From the UHGV virus genome UHGV-0109738: a stretch of 64,000 nt of DNA. One strand, 5' to 3'. Of the stretch, positions 46,637 to 55,685 are shown in pieces. The notes under the pieces were generated by a model that was given only the letters and a program-made list of their open reading frames with translations, searched no databases and had not been told where the DNA came from. The position numbers and the translations under genes were made by a program. Positions within the stretch are counted from its first letter, which is position 1, and each line of letters starts with the position of its first letter. Origin of the DNA: a virus.

Positions 46637-46948
46637 TTAATCATCCTCTTCATCGTCTTCTTGTTCAGCTAGGAAATCATCGACAGAACAGTAAGTAACT
46701 GGCGGGATATATTCGAAGTCATCCGTATCAAGATCGAGCGTCCTGCTGTCGCCGTCGTCGTCAATCGTATTCATTCCTAACTCACCGAAAGGGCCGTACC
46801 CAATGTGGCCCAGGTATTCGCAACCAATCGCAAACCCAGGGTATTCGCCTTTACACCGGATTTTGTAAAGTTTATTTGATGCGCTCAATTTCCGACCCTC
46901 CACTTTCTGCTTCAGTGATTTTGTATTCTGCCGCCAGTTCAGCGCCAA
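46637..46948 (-). CDS. Hypothetical protein with poly-acidic C-terminus
   Basis: Ends ..DDFLAEQEDDEEDD; N-terminal extent uncertain because it overlaps the next candidate. Confidence 0.3.
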   Translation of the reverse strand: MALNWRQNTKSLKQKVEGRKLSASNKLYKIRCKGEYPGFAIGCEYLGHIGYGPFGELGMNTIDDDGDSRTLDLDTDDFEYIPPVTYCSVDDFLAEQEDDEEDD

Positions 46949-47195
46949 GCAATTCCACTTCCATATTAGCGATACCCTGGAACATCAGATAGGCAAAAAC
47001 TAGGCTTTTAATTCTATCCGGGTCTTCAAGATGGTCTGCATTAAAAGGCGGTTCCGATACGTGGAAGCATTTAACATGCGCATCGTCTTCAGTGGCTACA
47101 CGGAAACATGCGCCAGGTTACCCGGCGAATTCCCCCAATCTTTCTTCGTTCGGTAAAGTACCACGGAAAACTTTAACGCTGATAAATTTAGTCAT
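46911..47195 (-). pseudogene. Small gene with strong RBS and an in-frame TAA after codon 25
   Basis: AAGGAG RBS 8 nt upstream of ATG 47195; frame reads MTKFISVKVFRGTLPNEERLGEFAG-TAA-PGACFRVATEDDAHVKCFHVSEPPFNADHLEDPDRIKSL.. and stays open to 46911. Confidence 0.25.
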
Positions 47196-47198
47196 TGT

Positions 47199-47480
47199 TT
47201 ATTCTCCTTCGTAAAGAGTTGCCACCAGTTCGGCATCTGTTAGCGTGTTATAATCTGTATAAAACCCGCAACGCATAAGTGAAGAAAGGCCAGCCACTTT
47301 GCACCACATAGGGGTCGATTCGCTCAAATATTCATTCTCCCTTTTTTCGCTGTATTCCAGTTCATAAAACCGACTATTGTTAACACCCTCAATTACACGG
47401 CTGTATGTGCCATCAAGCCTACTAACTCCGCGCCATAGTCTGATCACAACCATAATTTCTACTCCGTTTGATGGGGCCAT
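47199..47480 (-). CDS. Hypothetical protein (93 aa)
   Basis: Co-directional early-region ORF. Confidence 0.3.
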   Translation of the reverse strand: MAPSNGVEIMVVIRLWRGVSRLDGTYSRVIEGVNNSRFYELEYSEKRENEYLSESTPMWCKVAGLSSLMRCGFYTDYNTLTDAELVATLYEGE

Positions 47481-47642
47481 TCGGCCCCGTGTTTATTCTT
47501 CTTCTCCTCCTCTAAATCCTAAGCACTCCGCGTATTCGTCAATGCTTAATGCTTCTTCACCTGGTGCCAATACTTCAAAGTAGCGGGCGTATAGTTCGAA
47601 AACCCAGGCCGGATATTTAGCGTTAGCGTTCATGGTTCCCCC

Positions 47643-47921
47643 TTATGCCATGCGTGCAAATTCAAGTGATTTGCATTCGTAGTCTTCCTCTGCCTGTTCG
47701 ATGACTGCCATCATCATTTCGTTTGCGTTGTTGAATGCGTTGCTTTGTGCGAACTTGTCGGCTCCACCTTCTTCTTCGAACTCCGCGTTGTTTGCTGCAA
47801 TGTAGTGATATTCGATGTTGTTCAGGTAAGGGCTTGCAGCGTGTGCTGGGTCTTCTTTCTCCACCATCTCCCAAAATGCGTTTAAGCGAGATTCGACTTC
47901 TTTGTTAATCCAGCGTTTCAT
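47643..47921 (-). CDS. Hypothetical acidic protein (92 aa)
   Basis: Co-directional early-region ORF. Confidence 0.3.
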   Translation of the reverse strand: MKRWINKEVESRLNAFWEMVEKEDPAHAASPYLNNIEYHYIAANNAEFEEEGGADKFAQSNAFNNANEMMMAVIEQAEEDYECKSLEFARMA

Positions 47922-48019
47922 TTTTCTACCCTCCGCATCGTTCTCTCTTCAGCTTCTTTATAACAAAATGGCACTGCCGAAACAATGCCATTTCGTAAAC
48001 CTTGTGATACAGATCACAT

Positions 48020-48244
48020 TTACGTTTCTTCCGTAAAAGTAACCTTCATCGCCCCATCCGAACTACGGACAACATAACGACCAATACCGCCTAGCGGCCC
48101 TGCATACCATAAGTGACCGTAAGTGTCAGTTACGACGATAAACGGAAATTTAGGAGACAATCCCATCGGTTTTTCAGCCGTATACTGTGCGCCTTCTTCA
48201 AAACAGCCTAATTTCGATTCGTTACACGTTAAAATCATTTTCAT
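48020..48244 (-). CDS. Small protein, paralogue family member 1
   Basis: Shares F-x-x-G-x-(I/Q)Y ... (I/V)(T/I)D ... G/E-(L/I)W pattern with the three genes upstream. Confidence 0.4.
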   Translation of the reverse strand: MKMILTCNESKLGCFEEGAQYTAEKPMGLSPKFPFIVVTDTYGHLWYAGPLGGIGRYVVRSSDGAMKVTFTEET

Positions 48245-48480
48245 ACCCCTACATACGAAAACGCAGCAAAAGCACCACCACCAGCACGCGCATAAACAAG
48301 TGCCGTGCCATACCCCATCTTATAAAATCGCCATAACTGACCCTGGTCGTCAGTAATGGCATGAATATATTCCTGATCCTTTGCGTCAACCAATGCCGCG
48401 TCAACCTCGTAGATCTTGCCATTCTTAAAAAACGCGCTGCATCGTGAGTATGTGCACTGGTATCTATGTTTCCGATTCAT
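48241..48480 (-). CDS. Small protein, paralogue family member 2
   Basis: FKNGKIYEV..AITDDQGQLWRFY; ATGA overlap with member 1. Confidence 0.4.
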   Translation of the reverse strand: MNRKHRYQCTYSRCSAFFKNGKIYEVDAALVDAKDQEYIHAITDDQGQLWRFYKMGYGTALVYARAGGGAFAAFSYVGV

Positions 48481-48490
48481 AGCACCTCAC

Positions 48491-48784
48491 TTATTCCGGT
48501 TTACTGCCTTCGCGGGCGCAAAACTCCGCGATCTCACGGAAATCATGCACTATGCGATAAATATACAAACCAGCGGCGTTATTGATATGGCTAACATAAG
48601 CGAAATAAACTTTATCATCATCGCCAGTTATCGCCATTGCACCATCACCGCCCGGTGCGCCGTGGAGTTGAACGCCGCAATAGATCTTCCCTTCTTCAAA
48701 AATATTGCGGTCGCGCGTCTGCAATACCTCAAAATATAAATGTTTCATTGTTGCCCCTTTAATAACGTTCAAAGCTGGCAGCAA
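48491..48784 (-). CDS. Small protein, paralogue family member 3
   Basis: FEEGKIYCGV..AITGDDDKVYFAY; likely starts at internal MKHLYF. Confidence 0.4.
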   Translation of the reverse strand: MLPALNVIKGATMKHLYFEVLQTRDRNIFEEGKIYCGVQLHGAPGGDGAMAITGDDDKVYFAYVSHINNAAGLYIYRIVHDFREIAEFCAREGSKPE

Positions 48785-48971
48785 AACCTACACCGGATAT
48801 TTCACCGCCTTCATAGCTCGGCCTGAATACCCATATTTCGTCATGATTATCAATCAAGGCAAGGCAATTACTCATTGTGTGTGCTTCATTGCCATAAACG
48901 ATGTGAACGTCATAAATACTCCCAATCGTGAAAACACTGTCATTGCTTGAGTATGAGCATTTAACTTGCAT
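48759..48971 (-). CDS. Small protein, paralogue family member 4
   Basis: FTIGSIYDV..ALIDNHDEIWVFR. Confidence 0.4.
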   Translation of the reverse strand: MQVKCSYSSNDSVFTIGSIYDVHIVYGNEAHTMSNCLALIDNHDEIWVFRPSYEGGEISGVGFAASFERY

Positions 48972-49216
48972 CAGAAAACCCCTTTATAATCGACCGTGTA
49001 TTTTGCTATCAGATTCCAGTCGCAGTAATTAAGCATGTTGCGAGGCTGCCAGCCTTTCATCCCGACCGCCCGCCGCGCAGCGTGACGGCGATAATCATCG
49101 TTATAGTCAGCTATGCACCACGGCTGGAGAACAAACATATAATTTGCTTCATTAACCAGGATAGCCACCAGCTTTCCTGTTGCCTTGTCTTTTGCCCTGA
49201 AATAATTCACTTTCAT
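48971..49216 (-). CDS. Hypothetical protein (81 aa)
   Basis: Co-directional ORF with start/stop overlap. Confidence 0.3.
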   Translation of the reverse strand: MKVNYFRAKDKATGKLVAILVNEANYMFVLQPWCIADYNDDYRRHAARRAVGMKGWQPRNMLNYCDWNLIAKYTVDYKGVF

Positions 49217-49428
49217 TTTAACACCTCGTCGATCAACATTTCTTCTTCCAGGTTAGCCGGACGTTTACGAAATATCCCGGCAAAAACCAGATCTTCGAGT
49301 AGGTCTTTACGCTTAAATAACCACTCTTTCATTATCACCCCGTCGTTGCTGCGATATACGACGCCGCTTTTCAGAAAATAAAAAGTGCGGCTATTGGTCT
49401 GTAGGTAGAGATCTTCGTAAACGTCCAT
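49213..49428 (-). CDS. Hypothetical protein (71 aa)
   Basis: Co-directional ORF with start/stop overlap. Confidence 0.3.
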   Translation of the reverse strand: MDVYEDLYLQTNSRTFYFLKSGVVYRSNDGVIMKEWLFKRKDLLEDLVFAGIFRKRPANLEEEMLIDEVLK

Positions 49429-49432
49429 ACCG

Positions 49433-49660
49433 TTAATCCTCTACAATCTCAAGCCCGCGCCCCTTGTCCCCGACGAAATCGCCCAAGCTGAACGTATACG
49501 ACCACGCCGGATTGATGTAATGGTCATCAGCACCAGCGGCAATGAGATCAGCACCATTAATCATGCAAGTAATATCATCGCTATGAACGACATTAACGAC
49601 CTTACCAACAACCTGTTTCAATGACTGGTATCCGTGATCGTGCAAGAATTTAACTTTCAT
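49433..49660 (-). CDS. Hypothetical protein (75 aa)
   Basis: Co-directional ORF; faint similarity to the 48020-48971 family. Confidence 0.3.
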   Translation of the reverse strand: MKVKFLHDHGYQSLKQVVGKVVNVVHSDDITCMINGADLIAAGADDHYINPAWSYTFSLGDFVGDKGRGLEIVED

Positions 49661-49890
49661 TCGTCTGCCTCCCAGTGGTCTATGCTGATTAAAAAGTCCC
49701 GGATAGCGTGTCGTTCGTCGCGCGTTGGCTTGCGCTTACGGTAAATCTTAAAGTCAAACCATTCTTTTTCTTGTTCGAAATCCAGGTTGTAAGCAAGCAC
49801 CTCAATATATCCACATTCGTGATACTGGTACGCCACGCCAGCACGAACAAAAAAGCGGGTTTTATCCCGCTTGTGTTCATAGATACGCAT
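49657..49890 (-). CDS. Hypothetical protein (77 aa)
   Basis: Co-directional ORF, 4-nt overlap. Confidence 0.3.
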   Translation of the reverse strand: MRIYEHKRDKTRFFVRAGVAYQYHECGYIEVLAYNLDFEQEKEWFDFKIYRKRKPTRDERHAIRDFLISIDHWEADE

Positions 49891-49900
49891 ATTTGCCCCA

Positions 49901-50131
49901 CTATGCAGTCGTGTAACTATCTACCAGCTTTTCATCCTTCATTCTGGCAAGCTGGGAGATATTCATCGTGTAGCCTTCATCAGAGAAAAGCCACTCCGCA
50001 GCCTTGCGACGAAAAGCTATATCATCATGGTTGCGCGTCCATGTAGCGATCACCACGCGCTTTCCATCAGTGGCAAACATGGTTAATTCGTTATCAACAA
50101 CGTCGATAGCCTGCCAGATTTTTAGTTCCAT
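49901..50131 (-). CDS. Hypothetical protein (76 aa)
   Basis: Co-directional ORF. Confidence 0.3.
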   Translation of the reverse strand: MELKIWQAIDVVDNELTMFATDGKRVVIATWTRNHDDIAFRRKAAEWLFSDEGYTMNISQLARMKDEKLVDSYTTA

Positions 50132-50487
50132 GATTTATCACCGTAGATCTTGAATAGTTCACACGCTTTCTGATCTTCAAATATATTCATATGCAGGTCA
50201 CGCAGACGGCGCATTGTTCGGAATCGCGGTCTAAACTCCTGGCTCCGTTTAATGTATTTGCCGCCAATTGAATAAATATGCCCGTATGAATACCATCTAT
50301 TCCCTACCCATATTTCATATTCTTTGCCTTCGTAATTGAATTTTATCGTTAGCTCGTCCACTTCAACTATTGACCATTTATCAATGATGTCATTAAGCAT
50401 TTCGTCCCATTCTTTCAGGAATGGATGCTGATAAAAACCGAAAAGCGTATTTGCAGCGTGGCAAAGGTAATCAATGATTATTTGCAT
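50122..50487 (-). CDS. Hypothetical protein (121 aa)
   Basis: Co-directional ORF. Confidence 0.3.
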   Translation of the reverse strand: MQIIIDYLCHAANTLFGFYQHPFLKEWDEMLNDIIDKWSIVEVDELTIKFNYEGKEYEIWVGNRWYSYGHIYSIGGKYIKRSQEFRPRFRTMRRLRDLHMNIFEDQKACELFKIYGDKSWN

Positions 50488-50707
50488 ATTTCCACCTTCT
50501 CAATATGTAGTAAATGTTATCGTAAGCTATATTATCCGCATCTTCCTGTGTTATATGTCTGGCATCAAAAAAGAAATCAGCGTCGTGCCATACATGAAAA
50601 AGAAGTCGCGCGAATTGTCTGCGGCGGCGCTTACTGCGTGATAGTTCGTTAAATTCTATTAACGCTTTATCATATGCTCTTATCATGCGCTTACGGTTAC
50701 TTTTCAT
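50471..50707 (-). CDS. Small basic protein, tandem paralogue A
   Basis: MKSNRKRMIRAYDKALIEFNELSRSKRRRRQFARL.., aligns with the next gene. Confidence 0.4.
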   Translation of the reverse strand: MKSNRKRMIRAYDKALIEFNELSRSKRRRRQFARLLFHVWHDADFFFDARHITQEDADNIAYDNIYYILRRWKYANNH

Positions 50708-50711
50708 ATTG

Positions 50712-50912
50712 TCACCACATCATATAGTAAACGTTATCATCTGCTAATTCGTCTGCGTCTCTTTGGCAGTCGATTGTCGCATCATCTTCGTGCCATTCTT
50801 TAGCAAATAAACGCGCCCATTTACGACGCTCACGTTTATTGTGCCGCAGGTCACTAAAAACCATTAAAGCCTTGTCGTAAGCTCTTACCAGGCGTTTCAT
50901 TCTACTTTTCAT
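50712..50912 (-). CDS. Small basic protein, tandem paralogue B
   Basis: MKSRMKRLVRAYDKALMVFSDLRHNKRERRKWARL.., clear paralogue of 50471-50707. Confidence 0.4.
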   Translation of the reverse strand: MKSRMKRLVRAYDKALMVFSDLRHNKRERRKWARLFAKEWHEDDATIDCQRDADELADDNVYYMMW

Positions 50913-51118
50913 TTTTCACCCTTCCTTAATTCCTTAATTTCAATATTGCGTAACCGGACGTCGCACGGCGTTTCAGATTTACCAGTAAGCGCCAGCGTCA
51001 GGTTTTCAGGTGTCGTGTAAAGAATTATCTCTTTACCAGTGCTAAATTTAATTTCTATGCGGATCTCGTTTTCATCACCGCACAATACGCGGCTAATTGA
51101 CAGGCCAGCTTTTTTCAT
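50909..51118 (-). CDS. Hypothetical protein (69 aa)
   Basis: Co-directional ORF, 4-nt overlap. Confidence 0.3.
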   Translation of the reverse strand: MKKAGLSISRVLCGDENEIRIEIKFSTGKEIILYTTPENLTLALTGKSETPCDVRLRNIEIKELRKGEK

Positions 51119-51131
51119 TGCTCAACAAACC

Positions 51132-51443
51132 TTAAAATCTGTATTGCCAGTAAATATCACACTTTATTGCGAATACCTTCACCGGATCAGGGCCGAATAG
51201 TGGATGTTGAATCAACTTGATTTCGTACCCCATGTAAGGCAATACGATAATCCGGTCTTTCTCATCATCCGATGGATAACCCCATTTAATGATTAATCTT
51301 GTGTACTCCCGCCCCTCCAGGCGTTTACGCCAGTATTCATTGTAAAGCCGGTATTCTTCCACCTTCTTTCCCGCCCGGATGGCGTGGAAGTATTCACCTT
51401 TTAAATTCAAATGTAAGTGTTTATTTGCCATCGCTATGATCAT
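51132..51443 (-). CDS. Hypothetical protein (103 aa)
   Basis: Co-directional ORF. Confidence 0.3.
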   Translation of the reverse strand: MIIAMANKHLHLNLKGEYFHAIRAGKKVEEYRLYNEYWRKRLEGREYTRLIIKWGYPSDDEKDRIIVLPYMGYEIKLIQHPLFGPDPVKVFAIKCDIYWQYRF

Positions 51444-51690
51444 GTAAACAGTCGTTATAGCCTTCGATGTATCCGGTTAATCCTGTGTTACTTACTGACC
51501 AATCAGCCGAACGGCGCTTGATGGCCTTGTCCATAGTCATCTCGTCACCTGGCCCGCCTGGCTCGATGTATTTTCTTAAATCCCTTACTATCCACGCCCT
51601 TAATTGTTGCGTATCACTGCACACACGCGCCGTTAATGTCAGATTATTAACCAGCTTTGCGAATAGATGTTCTTTTAATTTAGGCTTCAT
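51421..51690 (-). CDS. Hypothetical protein (89 aa)
   Basis: Co-directional ORF. Confidence 0.3.
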   Translation of the reverse strand: MKPKLKEHLFAKLVNNLTLTARVCSDTQQLRAWIVRDLRKYIEPGGPGDEMTMDKAIKRRSADWSVSNTGLTGYIEGYNDCLHDHSDGK

Positions 51691-51880
51691 CCTTCACCTC
51701 GCGACGATAGATTTCTACTGGCTTAACCGGAATAGCGTTAAAATCACCTTCATCCAGTGCGGCAATAAACGTTAGCGCCAACCGTGCTTCAACACCGCTT
51801 AAATACTTGCACCATGCCTCACCGTTATAATCTTTAAAAAGAATAATCACTTTTTTCATGTTTATCTCTTGTTGTTTCAT
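51680..51880 (-). CDS. Hypothetical protein (66 aa)
   Basis: Co-directional ORF. Confidence 0.3.
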   Translation of the reverse strand: MKQQEINMKKVIILFKDYNGEAWCKYLSGVEARLALTFIAALDEGDFNAIPVKPVEIYRREVKDEA

Positions 51881-52602
51881 TATTCACCCCGTGTCACTCG
51901 TTTAATTTCGTTATCAGCCCGCGCCTCTTCTTTGAACAATTCAGTAATGGCGTCTTCATAGAAAGCACGGTATTTCTTCCACCACGTTGATCGGCTTACC
52001 GGAAATACAAGCTGATTAACCGCACGCCGGACAAGATCTACAGGGAAACGCGAGTACCCGCGCCCGCCGCAATGCTGGCACGTTTTGAACGCTGGCATTT
52101 CCGCTGCTTCACTGGCTGCTTTATCCGGTATCTCGCCGCGCCCTTTGCATCGTTTACAATGATTGCGAACTTTTCCATGCCCCTTGCATTTTTTGCAAAG
52201 GTGTTTTTCTCCGTAGTCGTCAAACGTAAATTTATATCCGCCGCAATCCATACAAGTTTTTTCTGTCGCGGCACTCTGGCAGTAATCCCGAAACGCGAAA
52301 ACGGCAACAAGAATAATAAGATCATTGCGTTTGTCCTCGTCCAACTCCATGACGTATTCGTAATCTTTTGCCATAGCTCTTAAACGCTCTGTAAGCAAAA
52401 CTACGGCCCTGTGTTTTTCGGCTTGCGATAATTCCATCTTCCCTAAAAAAGCGCTATAACCAAGCTCTACGCGCGATTGCGCCATACCTGCTGCGGTTAG
52501 TGCATCAGTAGTATTAAGCGAGTCTGGGGACGTGCCCCGGCTTTCATCTGACAAACGCGGTGATTTTGGGAGGTGGAATTTAAGAATAGATTCCAAATTC
52601 AT
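51880..52602 (-). CDS. DnaJ-type zinc-finger protein (possible late-gene antiterminator Q-like regulator)
   Basis: Four CxxCxGxG repeats (CMDCGGYKF, CKKCKGHGKV, CKRCKGRGEI, CQHCGGRGY); downstream of the nin-like genes; assignment as Q is positional inference only. Confidence 0.3.
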   Translation of the reverse strand: MNLESILKFHLPKSPRLSDESRGTSPDSLNTTDALTAAGMAQSRVELGYSAFLGKMELSQAEKHRAVVLLTERLRAMAKDYEYVMELDEDKRNDLIILVAVFAFRDYCQSAATEKTCMDCGGYKFTFDDYGEKHLCKKCKGHGKVRNHCKRCKGRGEIPDKAASEAAEMPAFKTCQHCGGRGYSRFPVDLVRRAVNQLVFPVSRSTWWKKYRAFYEDAITELFKEEARADNEIKRVTRGE

Positions 52603-52784
52603 TATTTACCCCCGTAACGTGCAACCAGTCTTTTGCGATCAGATATTGATTGCACTAGCTTTCTTTCAAACTCTTTCAATGCAAGCAATTCGCGCATATG
52701 AAAAGCCTGGATTTGTCGGACTGTAGCTAAATCATGCTCATCGCGCTGAATATCTATTTGCAGATCTTTAACTTCGTTTTTCAT
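52602..52784 (-). CDS. Small hypothetical protein (60 aa)
   Basis: Coiled-coil-like; 4-nt overlaps both sides. Confidence 0.3.
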   Translation of the reverse strand: MKNEVKDLQIDIQRDEHDLATVRQIQAFHMRELLALKEFERKLVQSISDRKRLVARYGGK

Positions 52785-53188
52785 TGCTCACCCCACATAT
52801 TAGTCGCGTATTCGTCAATATCCGGTAGTAGGTCGCCGCGTTCGCGGATCTTAATAAACAAGCGTCCGCCTTTTACCTTCCGGCAGCGGACAATTTTTAT
52901 TGAGTCAATTTGTCCATCATCTTTCCAAAATCCGGCATAAGTAAGGCTGTCAAATAGGCATTTAGGGATATTATCAAGATCCCTGGTCCGGTTATCAGGC
53001 GGCGCGGCATAAATGGCGATTGCCAGTCGGCAAGACAGGTTAATGTCTAGATTTAATAATTCGATGATGTCTTTTACTTGTTCCCGGTATTCCTTCCCCA
53101 CTTCGCTGATATAGTGAAAACCCCGTGAATGTCGGTAATAGCGGTTATTCGATGGCGGGTAAGGCAGGCTAAAAGTATATTCATTCAT
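52781..53188 (-). CDS. rusA: Holliday junction resolvase RusA
   Basis: 135 aa; characteristic RusA length and motifs, in a nin-like region next to NinG. Confidence 0.8.
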   Translation of the reverse strand: MNEYTFSLPYPPSNNRYYRHSRGFHYISEVGKEYREQVKDIIELLNLDINLSCRLAIAIYAAPPDNRTRDLDNIPKCLFDSLTYAGFWKDDGQIDSIKIVRCRKVKGGRLFIKIRERGDLLPDIDEYATNMWGEQ

Positions 53189-53790
53189 GCTGCCTTTCTC
53201 CTTAAGGCGTCCAATTTAGCCTGATAGACTTTTATGATCTCCTTGCATTCTTCGATCGCCCATTTATGAGTTTCGTTGTTGTTCTCCAGCGCTTCCACCC
53301 TGGCAAGGCCAATTTTCCTAATCAGCGCTGGGCGATATGCTTCTATGTTGCCATCTAATGTCTGGTTGCAGTGCCTGCATTGTTTGTGGCAATTATCCTC
53401 GTTAAAACGAAGGTGCCCGGCGGCGGCAACCGTTCTATAGTGTCCGGCATCTGCTCCGCATTGTTCGTAATAGTAAGTCCCGCATGATATGCACGGCTGA
53501 CCCGCGTCACGTTCGCGGATATAGGCATTAAATACCGCTTGTGCCTGCTTCAACCAATAACTACGCGGATTTAACTGCTTCCGCTTCCGGTTGCGTTCTT
53601 CCCGCTGGCTATCACGGCGTTTCTTCCGTTCCATAGCCTTCATAGCCTTCTCACGGTCGCGGCATAGCTGATCAAACTTCAGCTCTTCCAGACACTCATC
53701 ACTGCACCACGTTTGATTGTGATATTTAGGCTCAAAAAAAACGCCGCAGCACTTGCAACGGCGTCTTATTGGTTTTTTAGGGTTCTGCAT
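53185..53790 (-). CDS. ninG: NinG/Rap-family recombination protein
   Basis: Start at MQNPKKPIRRRCKCCG; Cys-rich N-terminus and basic central region typical of NinG. Confidence 0.7.
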   Translation of the reverse strand: MQNPKKPIRRRCKCCGVFFEPKYHNQTWCSDECLEELKFDQLCRDREKAMKAMERKKRRDSQREERNRKRKQLNPRSYWLKQAQAVFNAYIRERDAGQPCISCGTYYYEQCGADAGHYRTVAAAGHLRFNEDNCHKQCRHCNQTLDGNIEAYRPALIRKIGLARVEALENNNETHKWAIEECKEIIKVYQAKLDALRRKAA

Positions 53791-53804
53791 AAAAACCACC
53801 CCTA

Positions 53805-54044
53805 TTATTTTTGATTCTCTGTTTCGTTCAGCCTTTCGGCGTGTCCGGCCCTTAGCCAATGATCTAAGCATTCGTTGCACTCGTTACAGCCTCCTTTCTT
53901 TGTGCTGCATACATTGCACATTGCACGCATGACGCTTTCTCGTTCATAGTCGTCATGCCATTGGTAATTATCAAAAGACATAATGCTCCCTCCCTTTAAG
54001 GTGATTTCTACGCATTTCAGCGCTGCCGGATTTTTAAAGAGCAT
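53805..54044 (-). CDS. Small Cys-rich protein (79 aa)
   Basis: CNVCSTKKGGCNECNECLDHW zinc-binding-like cluster. Confidence 0.3.
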   Translation of the reverse strand: MLFKNPAALKCVEITLKGGSIMSFDNYQWHDDYERESVMRAMCNVCSTKKGGCNECNECLDHWLRAGHAERLNETENQK

Positions 54045-54140
54045 TTCGTTTGCTTGAAGTATACAAAATGGATACGCCAGAACAAGGTGAATGGCGCCAT
54101 TATGTGATCCACATCACGCAATGGCGCCATTTTGTAAATT

Positions 54141-54905
54141 TCAGTCCGGTAAAACGCGGTTAAGCGTAGTACGATTGATGGCCCGGTCGTTAGCCAGGAA
54201 TACAGCACGGGCAAAGCCGCGCGGCGTTAGTGAGCGGATCATCTTAGTGCGTTTCGACTTTCCTCCTAACTTCGCGTGCTGTTTGCTGTCTTCCCATTCA
54301 TCCGGCATAGGTACAGGCCGGAATAGCGGCTGCTTAAATCCATTCCCGCACCAGATACAAGTTTTCTTCGTGTATGCGTCGCGGTCGGCGATGTATTCCG
54401 GGAAAGCAGGATGTTTGTCGTCTTCCGGCAGGTAGCCACCGTAAGCGCACGGATTGAAGATAAAATCCGGCTTACGCCATAACGTTGACAGTGCGCCCAC
54501 CGGATTTTCCACCATCCACGGGACGTGATACATGTCAGCCAGCGTTTCTACCAGTTTTGCGTTATATGCCGCCTTCACCTGGAAGTCAGGATCTTTTTCA
54601 CGCTTGCTGGCAAACCAACGAGCGTCGGACACGGCTAGATGGTCGCATGGCGGGAAGGCCAGAATAATGTCAGGATCTGGATAAACAGACAAATCAGGGG
54701 AGAACATCACCAGGAAATGGCTGTCAATCCATACGTTAACGTATTCAATATTCGGATGAATGATTTTTACGCCTTCATAGTCGCCGTGGTTAGCGCCGTC
54801 ATAGTTGAAGCAATAACACTTATAGCCAGCGTCAGCCCAATCTTTAACGGCGTACCCGCTGCCGTCGTACAACGACCACACCACCCAATTTTTAAGCCCG
54901 CTCAT
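54141..54905 (-). CDS. DNA (cytosine-5) methyltransferase-like protein (short form)
   Basis: Motifs FPPCDHLA (PC, motif IV-like) and MVENPVGAL (ENV, motif VI-like); only 254 aa, so assignment is tentative. Confidence 0.4.
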   Translation of the reverse strand: MSGLKNWVVWSLYDGSGYAVKDWADAGYKCYCFNYDGANHGDYEGVKIIHPNIEYVNVWIDSHFLVMFSPDLSVYPDPDIILAFPPCDHLAVSDARWFASKREKDPDFQVKAAYNAKLVETLADMYHVPWMVENPVGALSTLWRKPDFIFNPCAYGGYLPEDDKHPAFPEYIADRDAYTKKTCIWCGNGFKQPLFRPVPMPDEWEDSKQHAKLGGKSKRTKMIRSLTPRGFARAVFLANDRAINRTTLNRVLPD

Positions 54906-55447
54906 TTTCTGCCCTCAAACGTAAAATAGCGGCGCATGATGATAGTGATCACCGTTACCGCTGCCATTTTTGAGATGAATTGAATAGCTGATATTTCCGG
55001 TATAAATGCCATAAACGATAGCGTGGGAAAAATTAACGCATCGCCGATAGCTGAAGCTATATTTGCAGGCCAGCGTTTCGAATCGAAATCACCAGGTAAA
55101 ACACGGTAAACGCCGCCAGAAATAAGCGCACAGGAAACAACCGCAACGAATGACGCGATCGCCACCATTCCTGCATCATAGTTTATCAGCACCGTAATTG
55201 CGCCAGCGGCGGCGCATGTTGTAGCCGACCATTTCAGGCCGCCGTCATATAACAAGAAGTCACGGATCATCATATTGACACACACTGCGGCTACCGTGGT
55301 GATCGGAATTACCCACGGGCCACAGTGGTTAACAATAAGATTGATGATCACGAAAACGGCGACATAAACGCAGGCTAATAACCTGTCAATTGTCACCCTT
55401 TTCATTTGGATCGTACCTCTTATCACGAATAGCTTCAGCTCTATCAA
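54902..55447 (-). CDS. Polytopic membrane protein
   Basis: Five or six hydrophobic helices. Confidence 0.4.
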   Translation of the reverse strand: MIELKLFVIRGTIQMKRVTIDRLLACVYVAVFVIINLIVNHCGPWVIPITTVAAVCVNMMIRDFLLYDGGLKWSATTCAAAGAITVLINYDAGMVAIASFVAVVSCALISGGVYRVLPGDFDSKRWPANIASAIGDALIFPTLSFMAFIPEISAIQFISKMAAVTVITIIMRRYFTFEGRK

Positions 55448-55685
55448 ACTTCAAATCAAGTCGAGTTGAAATGCAACCACATTGAGGGTTAAGCATAGAA
55501 GGCGGCAATCCCTTACAACTGGTTATAGCTTCATCTTTTATTAATCCACCATTCAGCGGCATATCAAAAACAGCCTGTTTCTTTCTTTGTTCTTCCTCAC
55601 GTTCCGTTAATATTTGCTCAGCTTTTAGCGCGTTATAGCTAATTAAATCAATTAGTGTGTCTGTCGGATCGCTGTTATTGCTCAA
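55386..55685 (-). CDS. Hypothetical protein (99 aa)
   Basis: Co-directional ORF. Confidence 0.3.
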   Translation of the reverse strand: MSNNSDPTDTLIDLISYNALKAEQILTEREEEQRKKQAVFDMPLNGGLIKDEAITSCKGLPPSMLNPQCGCISTRLDLKFDRAEAIRDKRYDPNEKGDN

